Position numbers and translations under genes: made by a program. 64,000 nucleotides of DNA from the NCBI GenBank assembly GCA_002269645.1, contig NIVC01000027.1:248001-312000 (forward strand), read 5' to 3'. The stretch comes from Macrostomum lignano. Its lineage: Eukaryota. This document shows, piece by piece, positions 22,960 through 34,100 of the stretch (position 1 is the first letter of the stretch; each line of letters begins with the position of its first letter). The notes under the pieces are model-generated. The model worked only from the letters and a program-made list of their open reading frames with translations, did no database searches and was not told the origin of the DNA.

Positions 22960-23520
22960 GGATAGGGGAGACAGAATTGGAGATAGGGAAAGAGGGAGAT
23001 AGAGAAGAGGGAAATAGGGTAGACGGAAATAGGGGAGACGGAGATAGGGGAGACGGAGATAGGGGAGACGGAGATAGGGGAGACGGAGATAGGGGAGACG
23101 GAGATAGGGGAGACGGAGATAGGGGAGACGGAGATAGGGGAGACGGAGATAGGGGAGACGGAGATAGGGGAGACGGAAATAGGGTAGACGGAGATAGGGG
23201 AGACGGAGATAGGGGAGACGGAGATAGGGGAGACGGAGATAGGGGAGACGGAGATAGGGGAGACGGAGATAGGGGAGACGGAGATAGGGGAGACGGAGAT
23301 AGGGGAGACGGAGATAGGGGAGACGGAGATAGGGGAGAGGGAGATGGGGAAGAGGGAAATAGGGGAGACGGAGATAGGGGAGACGGAGATAGGGGAGACG
23401 GAGATAGGGGAGACGGAGATAGGGGAGACGGAGATAGGGGAGAGGGAGATAGGGGAGAGGGAGATGGGGAAGAGGGAGATAAGGGAGAGGGAGACAGGGG
23501 AGACTGAGATAAGACAGAGG
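22960..23520. repeat. Purine-rich 15-bp minisatellite (GGAGATAGGGGAGAC) downstream of NUDCD3
   Basis: Direct inspection. Confidence 0.95.
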
Positions 23521-24052
23521 GAGATACATTACAGGTGGATAAGAGGGATAAGTAGATAATGGATAAGTGATTGTTAAGTGATACGGGAGAAGTAGATAGC
23601 GTTGTGTGCAATGCGGAATGATATTTAACGGGGGTAGGAAGATTTTTAATGTCACTTAGCAATATTAATCTTCCATACACTACAGCCATAATCGGGTTAT
23701 ACTAAGCCGATACGAAAACAATTATTAAGTAATAAAAACTCGGTGTGAATAATCATTTTCATATTAGTAAGTATACATCGTTGTATCGCATTTATATTCT
23801 CTATTCATTTTTCGACTAATTTTCGCATCAATATAGTTTATACTACTTATTACACAACTTACTACTTATAATTATAGAAGTGGATTTGTAAACTTACTGA
23901 GTAATATTGCTGTGCATGCTAATAACGTACAAATAAACTGGATTTTGTCGATTCATTTATTAAAAATAATTATTTCTGTTCTTTTCTGTTGGCTACTACA
24001 GTTTTTCTTAGTAAGAAATAGGAAATACCTGTGTTAGACCACATATACCATT

Positions 24053-24473
24053 CTAGATGAGCCCACTCAGCACATTTGCGTGTAAACTACTTTCAGTTCA
24101 GTAGTAAGTGAAACTGAAGCATTTTAATGTACTTTTTAAAGCCAATGCTCGTTTATTGGTTCTTACCCTCTTACCCCCCCCCCAGCTTAAACACTCCAAC
24201 CGAGCCTTTCCACACTACCCCACCCCAATTTTAATTGCCTTTCTCGGAATTCCAGCCTAAAGCTGCCCTGTACATTTCAGTGGACTGGCCAATGTACATT
24301 ATTGCTGAACCAATTAGCAAGCTGTTTACGCCTGCAAGCTTTGGGCTTCTAAACTTATTAAAGTCATTTCAGCTACCTTTAGTTTTATAAAATAGCTTAT
24401 GTATTCTTCTTTGCTACTGGCCTGAAAGTAGAAAGCTGTTTTACTAAGTATAAAGCCTGAGTGGCCCATCTAG
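24053..24473. mobile_element. MITE with CTAGATG.GCC.ACTCAG TIRs (long copy)
   Basis: CTAGATGAGCCCACTCAG and CTGAGTGGCCCATCTAG are inverted; both ends recur, joined, at 41452-41563. Confidence 0.65.
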
Positions 24474-24641
24474 TTATTTTAATATCTATGTACTAGACTA
24501 GATTGTACTTGCAAAATTTTGCCTTAAATTGTTTGCTGCATGGCGTTTGAGCTGCTTCTTTGCGGCAGAAGCTGAAGCAACAACAACAATAACAACAACA
24601 ATAATATCAACAACAACAACAACAAGAGGAGTTGCGCCGAT

Positions 24642-25487
24642 ATGGAGGCCTTCAACAGCAAAGCTAGCGGAACTCGGATTCTAATAGCGGTGTTTTTCTC
24701 CTTGCTAGGCTTGGGCCTGCTGTCGCTATGCGTCAGTCTGGCCGAATTAATCATTGGCTGCCTGCATCTGACCAGACTGCGGCATTCCAATGCAACTGGC
24801 AACTACCGCGGCGTTGCCATAGCAACGTATCTAATCGTCAGCGGCATATTTGGCTGCTTATTCAGCTGTTTGGCCAGTTGCAGTTGTTTTCGTCGAGACC
24901 GATTTGCTGCTAATGCTACTACTGCTACTGTTAGTAGTAGAGGCGGCAAAAATAATTGCTATCGTTGTTGCTTATTCACGGTAGCGAGCGTTGGCCACTT
25001 GTTCTCGTTGGCCTGGCTGACTGCGGGCTTCTATTGGGTCTATTATTTTGATGACGCAGATAGTGCACCGACTGACTTATCGACTGTGTCCTCTATGAGT
25101 ACGCTGGACTATTCGAATTCTCCGCCTTTGACGTCGTCCTTGACAACAGCAGCAGCCGCAGCAGGGGCTTCCGATTTGTCAACTTCACCAGCCACTGCTG
25201 CTGCGGCGTCCGCCGCTCGTCCGTTGCTATGGCTTCGATTGGTTGTCAGCTGCCTAGAATTGGCTATAGTTGTTGCTATGCTGTTATGCTGCAACAATAT
25301 TGGCAGTCACGTTTACAGCAGCAATATAGAAGATTTCACAATCATAAGCGACAAAAGCCGGTCTAAAATATCCACGAATATTGTTGATAGCTCTGCTGTT
25401 AATGCTATCGAAGCAGAGGCGTTGCATTCTATGCAGCAAATGATGGGCGATGGTCATGACTTAAATTCGACTTCACTCAAGTCTTAG
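24642..25487 (+). CDS. Multi-pass membrane protein, TMEM272-like, single exon, 281 aa
   Basis: About 4 hydrophobic segments. The pattern ELIIG...IATYLIVSGIFG...LFSLAWLTAGFYWVY recalls TMEM272-type proteins (from memory). The ORF is non-repetitive. Confidence 0.6.
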   Translation: MEAFNSKASGTRILIAVFFSLLGLGLLSLCVSLAELIIGCLHLTRLRHSNATGNYRGVAIATYLIVSGIFGCLFSCLASCSCFRRDRFAANATTATVSSRGGKNNCYRCCLFTVASVGHLFSLAWLTAGFYWVYYFDDADSAPTDLSTVSSMSTLDYSNSPPLTSSLTTAAAAAGASDLSTSPATAAAASAARPLLWLRLVVSCLELAIVVAMLLCCNNIGSHVYSSNIEDFTIISDKSRSKISTNIVDSSAVNAIEAEALHSMQQMMGDGHDLNSTSLKS

Positions 25488-25619
25488 TAACGACTTTGAT
25501 TACGCTGTGGGGACGCGCTTTATTTCCTAATTAACAATTCAACGGCACCTTGCAAGCTATTAAAAGTATGCGTTTTTGCACTTTGTTTTGATTTGCAAAC
25601 AAATCAAAGTTATGCAATT

Positions 25620-26432
25620 ACGCCCTGACTGACTGGTGCCATAGACAGTGCAACTGATAAGGTTGGCTATAGACAGCAGATACACCCTGACTATCTGGTG
25701 CCATAGACAGTGCAACTGATAAGGTTGGCTATAGACAGCAGATACACCCTGACTGACTGGTGCCATAGACAGTGCAACTGATAAGGTTGGCTATAGACAG
25801 CAGATACACCCTGACTGACTGGTGCCATAGACAGTGCAACTGATAAGGTTGGCTATAGACAGCAGATACACCCTGACTGACTGGTGCCATAGACAGTGCA
25901 ACTGATAAGGTTGGCTATAGACAGCAGATACACCCTGACTGACTGGTGCCATAGACAGTGCAACTGATAAGGTTGGCTATAGACAGCAGATACACCCTGA
26001 CTGACTGGTGCCATAGACAGTGCAACTGATAAGGTTGGCTATAGACAGCAGATACACCCTGACTATCTGGTGCCATAGACAGTGCAACTGATAAGGTTGG
26101 CTATAGACAGCAGATACACCCTGACTATCTGGTGCCATAGACAGTGCAGCTGATAATAATGCTGGCTGTAGACAGCAGATACACCCTGACTGTCTGGTGC
26201 CATAGACAGTGCAGCTGATAATAATGCTGGCTGTAGACAGCAGATACACCCTGACTGTCTGGTGCCATAGACAGTGCAACTGATAATAAGGTTGGCTGTA
26301 GACAGCAGATACACCCTGACTGTCTGGTGCCATAGACAGTGCAGCTGATAATAAGGTTGGCTGTAGACAGCAGATACACCCTGACTGTCTGGTGCCATAG
26401 ACAGTGCAACTGATAATAAGGTTGGCTATAGA
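25620..26432. repeat. 62/65-bp tandem repeat (internally dimeric, ATAGACAG twice per unit)
   Basis: GATACACC at 25741 and 25803 (period 62); at 26178 and 26243 (period 65). Confidence 0.93.
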
Positions 26433-27069
26433 CACATTTATTGGTGGCATCTTGACAGTTGCTATTAAATATAGTATGCATGTAATGCGTCATAAATAAG
26501 TAATTTATCATTCTTCTTTATAAGTTGTTATTTTTAACTTGTGTTATGCCGTCTACTGAAGTGTTAAAATCGGAAATTTTTGCGAGCAATAAGTTCAAGT
26601 TATTTATCTACTTCCATTATTTATCTACATTGTATATAATTCTGAAGGCTTTAATTAAATTTTTAGTTTATATTATTCCGCCATTTTTTACGAATATTGG
26701 ATTCCTTTTTATCAAAACTTTTATCTACTATTATCCGCTTTGATTAAATTGATAATTTTTCAATTTTAAATGAAGCAAAACCAAAAAAATGTTTTTTTTA
26801 AAAAGCAGTCTATCCAACGAAGATAAAGCTCCTATATTTTTCTGTTTTGGTGACCTTTGTTTTCCACAGCCACAGTCGCAAAGACACTTGAACTGCACTG
26901 CACTTTGCTAAATACAGAGCTTTTTCTGTCGCTGAAAATTTCTTTTAAAAAACAAGCGATACTTATTACACGGTTTATATTATTTTTTAAAACGTTTTGT
27001 TGTATCGTTTTGAAATTGTTTTTCGGGGCAGTGTTAGCTAGCCGGATTAAAGTGTCTGGTGTTATGAAT

Positions 27070-27295
27070 GTGATAGTGAGTGACTGTAATTATTAGGGAA
27101 TTAGGTGATGGCGAGTGATTGTAATTTTTAGTGAATTAGGTGAATTAAGTGAGTGACTGTAATTATTGTTGAATTAGGTGATAGTCAGTGACTGTAATTA
27201 TTAGTGAATTAGGTAATAGTGAGTGAGTGCAATTATTAGGGAATGTGATAATGAGTGACTGTAATTATTAGGGAATGTGATAGTGAGTGACTGGG
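27070..27295. repeat. Degenerate 30-40-bp repeat (GTGAGTGACTGTAATTATTAG...) upstream of ELP1
   Basis: About 6 imperfect units. Confidence 0.8.
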
Positions 27296-27450
27296 ATAAA
27301 TGCAGATAAAGAAATTATAAGACATATTGTGGTGCCATAAGGTAGTATGCAGTCTTATAATAGTTGTTGTAGAGTTGTAAATCGACAATCATCACGTTTT
27401 CAGTCTTCGGTTTTGCTATTGTATTCATCTAGAAGACACGCATTAAAAGC

Positions 27451-29073
27451 ATGCAAAACCTCTGTTTAACCAGTGCTCAAAATTATGAGCTGTCAAAGTC
27501 GCTAACAGATTCTGGGAACTGGAACTCTTGGCCATTCCTATCTGAGAGTCAACTGGACTCGAATGCTATCTATCTAGCTAGCGATTCTCTGGTTGCTAAG
27601 GTCTGTCTTGTTGCCATAGGTGACGGCTCTCAATGCCAGGCATTGTCCTTGGCCGACTCTATGCCTGGTTACCATGACAACGCCGTAGCTTACAAACTGG
27701 TGAATTTGACTTGCGTGCTAAATGGCCAGGCGGATGACGAATGGCTCTGTCTGTGCACCACTCACTGCATCTGCGCTGTGGAGTTCGGCCCTGCTGAGAC
27801 TGGCTGTGAGCAGCCTAAGGTGGGTTGGACAGAATGACAATGAGTCCCATGAGAATCCCCATGAAAATGCGCATTCCCCATGAGAATCCTCATTGATGAG
27901 AATCCCCAGTCCCCATGAGAATCCTTATTGATGAGAATCCCCAGTCCCCATGAGAATCCTCATTGATGAGAATCCCCATTCCCCATGAGAATCCTTATTG
28001 ATGAGAATCCCCATTCCCCATGAGAATCTTCATTCCCAATGAGAATCCCCATTCCCCATGAGAATCTTCATTCCCCATGAGAATCCCCATTCCCCATGAG
28101 AATCCTTATTGATGAGAATCCCCATTCCCCATGAGAATCTTCATTCCCCATGAGAATCCCCATTCCCCATGAGAATCTTCATTCCCCATGAGAATCCCCA
28201 TTCCGCATGAGAATCCCCATGAAAATGCGCATTCCCCATGAGAATCCTCATTGATGAGAATCCCCAGTCCCCATGAGAATCCCCAGTTCCCATGAGAATC
28301 CCCAGTTCCCATGAGAATCCCCAGTCCCCATGAAAACCCCCAGTCCCCATGAGAATCCCCAGTCCCCATGAGAATCCCCAGTCCCCATGAGAATCCTCAG
28401 TCCCCATGAGAATCCCCAGTCCCCATGAGAATCCCCAGTCCCCATGAGAATCCCCAGTCCCCATGAGAATCCCCAGTCCCCATGAGAATCCCCAGTCCCC
28501 ATGAGAATCCCCAGTCCCCATGAGAATCCTCAGTCCCCATGAGAATCCCCAGTCCCCATGAGAATCCCCAGTTCCCATGAGAATCCCCAGTCCCCATGAG
28601 AATCTTCATTCCCCATGAGAATTCCCAGTCCCCATGAGAATCCCCAGTCCCCATGAGAATCCCCAGTCCCCATGAGAATCCCCAGTCCCCATGAGAATCC
28701 CCAGTCCCCATGAGAATCCCCAGTCCCCATGAGAATCCCCAGTCCCCATGAGAATCCCCAGTCCCCATGAGAATCCCCAGTCCCCATGAGAATCCCCAGT
28801 CCCCATGAGATTCCCCAGTTCCCATGAGATTCCTCAGTACCATCGATAGCCGTTCAACGCCAGTCTCCCATTCACCGTCTCGCTGCAGCTGCAAGTGATG
28901 GGAGAGTTCGACAACGAGATTCTGGCGGTGTCCTGGAGTCCCGGCTGCGACAGTGTGGCATTCGTGACTGGCAACAGGCGGCTGCTGCTGATGGACAGCC
29001 AGTTCGAGCCGCTGTGGGAAGCCGAGCTGGATCAGGCAGGCTTCGGCCGGGGTGAGGCTGATGTCTGCCTGCC

Positions 29074-29142
<69 letters not shown>

Positions 29143-30948
29143 GCCTGCCTGCCTGTCTGTCTGTCTGTCTGTCTGTCTGCCTGTGTCTCCATGTCACCCC
29201 CTTCTATCGGCAGTTCCCAATTCCCAACCTCCCAATTCCAGAGGCCTTCATCAACGTGGGCTGGGGCAAGAAAGAGACTCAGTTCCACGGTAGCGCCGGC
29301 AAAGCAGCTGCAGCGCAGCCAAAAGAGGTGCATGACAGCCGTTTGGAATATATATTTATAATATGAATATTTATCTGCCAATGTGCAACTTCGATGCCAC
29401 CTTACCCATCTAGTGGGATCTTACACTATCTAGTGGAATCTCACACTATCTAGTGGAATCTCACACTATCTAGTGGAATCTCACACTATCTAGTGGAATC
29501 TCACACTATCTAGTGGAATCTCACACTATCTAGTGGAATCTCACACTATCTAGTGGAATCTCACACTATCTAGTGGAATCTCACACTATCTAGTGGAATC
29601 TCACACTCTCTAGTGGAATCTCACACTATCTAGTGGAATCTCACACTATCTAGTGGAATCTCATACTCGATCCAGTGGAATCTCACACTAGATCCAGTGG
29701 AATCTCATACTCGATCCAGTGGAATCTCACACTCTATCCAGTGGAATCACACACTCGATCCAGTGGAATCACACTCGATCCAGTGGAATCACACACTATC
29801 TAGTGGAATCTCACACTATCTAGTGGAATCTCACACTATCTAGTGGAATCTCACACTATCTAGTGGAATCTCATACTCGATCCAGTGGAATCTCACACTA
29901 GATCCAGTGGAATCTCATACTCGATCCAGTGGAATCTCACACTCTATCCAGTGGAATCACACACTCGATCCAGTGGAATCACACTCGATCCAGTGGAATC
30001 ACACACTATCTAGTGGAATCTCACACTATCTAGTGGAATCTCACACTATCTAGTGGAATCTCACACTATCTAGTGGAATCTCACACTATATCCAGTGGAA
30101 TCTCACACTATTTAGTGGAATCTCACACTCTATCCAGTGGAATCTCACCCTGCTCCCCACCCACATCCCCTATCCTGCCTAGGTCGCCCCCGCCCCCTCT
30201 GCGCCGTGGGACACCGGGCGGGTGGGCATCTCGTGGCGCGGCGACGCCGCAGTCCTGTGCACCTCCGTCGTTGGCGCGGCCACTGGAGTCCGCCAGATTC
30301 GGGTCTGGTCGCCGCAGGACGCTGGCGCTCTGCTGGCAACCAGCGACTCTTCCTGCTCGGGGCTCGAATGGGCGCTGGACTGGCGGCCCAGCGGGTCGCT
30401 GATTGCGGCTTCCAGACGGCGCCTGACAGACGGCCAACTTCAAGTGCAGCTGTTGGAGAGGAACGGCCTGTGTCACGGAGAGTTTAGCGTGCGAGCAACT
30501 ACTGACACTACTGATGTGAGTAGTAGTGTAGCTATAATTCAATTTCAAACTATTTTCTCCGCCATGGTCCGGGGCCGGAGAGAGGGTGGATAGTCAGGGC
30601 GGCTTTACACCCTATGTGAGCATCTGTATGAGTGCGTGCCTTTATGACTACAGTGTATACTTTTCAGATTGAGCGGATACAATGGAATTCCAGTTCGGAG
30701 CTTCTGCTTGTGGAGCTGATTGATCGAGTGGATTCTAATGGACCGAAAACTGGTAATTTGGCACTGCTGCTGCGGATGCACTGCTGCAATGCCGAAAGAT
30801 TGAAGTACAGACCATTTAGACTACAGACGATAGAACAGGGACTGGGACCGACATTGAGACAAGCAGTAAGACAGGTGCTGAGACAGGCATTAGCATGGGC
30901 ACTACGACAGACAGACAGACAGACAGACAGATAGAAAGACAGATAGGC

Positions 30949-31023
<75 letters not shown>

Positions 31024-31028
31024 TAGGC

Positions 31029-31119
<91 letters not shown>

Positions 31120-31128
31120 TAGACAGGC

Positions 31129-31177
<49 letters not shown>

Positions 31178-34100
31178 TACAGACAGAGACAGGCAGACAG
31201 GCAGACAGACAGACAGACACGCAAATCTAAAACAGCAATCCGTATCTGCTCCCTGCAGTGCAGCTGTGGAGCAGCTGCAATTATCACTGGTACCTGCGCT
31301 GGTCCAGCAGCTACCCCAGACAGACCGTGGTAAACTGGAGCAGTTCTCACTGGTGCAGCCTGAATGTGCTGGACCAAACCAAAGGCAGACTAATCAGGCT
31401 GAGATTTCACTGGGAAGTGAGTCGATGCCGGAGTCAGCTGCCCGAGTGCAACACAGTTTTGCCAGTCATCGACGGATGTGAGTGTCAATTTTACCAATAT
31501 TTGAACAAACTTTTGGAAAGAATTTCTACAAATCTTTAATTTTGAAGTGCCAAGTTAGCAGCAGTGGAACCAGTTAATAATACTTTCATATGGGCTTACA
31601 TTCTTGTTCAAAACTTGCTTTGTTCCAATAATAACAATAAAATAATAGAAATTCTGGCTACCTGCACGCAGTTTGCAGAGCCAGCACTGTCCAGTATAAA
31701 CACAGTCTTTAGTCCGGAAGCTCGCCTCTCCAAAATCTCTACGGCTAACAAATCACCACGTCTAGAAAAAGCGTTTGACGGTGGGTTCAAAGCCTTCTGC
31801 TGCAGAGCTGCAGGCACGCCGCGCTGCTGCCTTACCGTGCCAGTCAGCAGGGTTCCTCGTTGCAGCAGCCATTCAGCAAGTCGTGCAGACGAAAACCAAG
31901 TGTCGCAAAAAATTCTGTAGCCGAGGTCCAGGATGTCACGTGACAGTTCAACAACGATACGTTTGGAGAGCGACAACTGCGGTGCATCTTGGCCGAATAA
32001 GTTGTCTTGGGCCACCGTTGAACAAGAAAGTTCCATAAGTAGCTGCTGTTTGATTCCGCTAGACAGTATAACTTGATGCCAAGTTTCGCTTTCTTGTTCG
32101 GCATGTAGTGGCGAAGATGAAGCCTGCCTTTGAAAAGTATCAATAACTCGTCGATCGAAATGTTCTGCTGTAGCATATATTTGTTCTAGCAGATCGCCTG
32201 CACCAACTTCAGAAATGGTCGAATCTTGCACAAAGGGTCAGCCTCATCAACCTCAGCACAGTTGTAGCAACGAAACCAAGTCAATATAAGTTGGAATCTG
32301 TTTCGCAAAAGACAGGACTGCGCATGATAAAAATCCTGGCGATAAACAGGATCCATTGACCAGTATTGGCTGATATCAGGCTTTTGCACCAGACCCATGT
32401 GTAGCAGGATGCCACTAAACTTTTTCATCTCGTTCATATTGCATGGTTTCCAGCTACGCAATTTCCATGGCAACTCTCCGCCACCCTGCTGAACGTGCTG
32501 AATCTCCATAGCTGCTCTGCTATTTGTCCAGTCGCACAAGGACTGTACAAAGCTGTCAGGAAGGAACTGTCCAATGATAGTCGAGATTCCATTCTCGATG
32601 GCCCCTGGCACTATGAAGTTTGGATGTAAGCCAGATGTTCCGAAAAATTCGGGAACTGGGTTTGGCCGAATATCAGTTTCCGTTCTTGTATCATGCCAGT
32701 TTTCGTCAGCTTCTGCTTGCTGAGCTTCGGCAGGACCTCCGCAGGACCGCTGGCCTTGCTATTGTTTGATCCATCATCATTGTCACAAATGAGTCATCAT
32801 CTGAATCACTGTCCAAGATGAAGTTCTGTAGATCTGAGCCGGCGGCTTGCATTGTCTCATGCGCAATTGGCCAAGTCAATATGTATATATGATCTGCTGT
32901 CTCTGTTACTGGTCTAATTGAAATTCATAGACTATATAATCTAAACTAAATTCGATGCTATGTACAAATAGTCAAGGCAGTCGCAAACCTGATATCTATG
33001 GTAATTACTGCTCTCTTTTCAATTGCATAGATTGCATAGTTGAACAGAGAAAAGAAAATCAATATTACAGAGTGTCTGGGTTATTGGCCATAGACTGTCT
33101 GAATTCGACTCAAGAAAAATATTTTTCTTCAGCACCCGACCATCTACTCTGGTACAGATTCAACTCATACTACTTACTTTTTTGGCTTAAAAACTGTGGG
33201 AGGGTAAGGGAGTGAGACGTGCCTCAAGCTTTTTTAACTGCTGCTTAAACACTCTATGACAGCAGAGCTGCTGTGGGAGGTAACGGGTGTGAGCAAAAAT
33301 AGGCGCGGGAGGCTAGTGGAAATGTAGACTGCTATGGAACGAAATCAAGCCAAAAATTTTATGAAGTAAAGAATACATAGGCTGGCTATAAAGTATTAAA
33401 GAATAAAAAAAATATATGTATTGAAGCTGCAGCAATCGTCTGAGATGATTTAGTTGAAAGTAATTAATTTTACTTACCCGTTATCAGTCATAGCCAAATC
33501 CTGGGCAGAAATTCTTTTTAACTCTGCAAAGCTTACATTTTTCCGTGCTAACTGTTGCTGAACAGAGTATGTATATTAGAGTTGATAAAGGCTTAGGTCG
33601 AGAACAGTCTTGAGACAGTCTTGAGACAGTCTTCGATACAAAAAATTGGTTTATTTGCAATATAGCACAAACATAGAAGGAAAAGCATTATGTCATAGCC
33701 ATTAATTTTTAATGACGAAATATAATTCAGTAAATTAATTTCAAAACAGTTTCTGTTAAACATATTGTGGCGAAAGTTTCATCCAAATTGACCGAACCAA
33801 TTATGTCTCAAATATTTTCAATTGAGGATAATAAACAAACCGAATTATTAGCAGCTCCTGCCCTCCATGACGGCGAAGTGAAGCCTTGCTGAGCAGACTG
33901 CCGTTATGAATGAGCAAAGTCAATCGCATGCCAACTGGCAAAGCAAGCACCTCAGCAAAGCACCGGAGTTCCTAGGCAGGCAGTGCAAACGATTGAACAG
34001 TGCTTTTAGTTGGAACTTATGCGTAACACACCCGACAACGCTTGCGAGGGTGCTGAGCTCTTTGGCTCGAGCAGCAGCTATGCCCGTCGGTCCCATCACG

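Noticed and set aside
20158-23689. Long ORFs such as 20158-21477, 22901-23689, 22909-23655 and 22938-23507 (including RGD/GDR repeats)
   Set aside because: Low-complexity translations of purine-rich arrays lacking stops; not genes.
28106-29381. Multiple [19 protein letters not shown] ORFs
   Set aside because: Antisense translations of the 19-bp and TCTG repeats in ELP1 introns 1-2.
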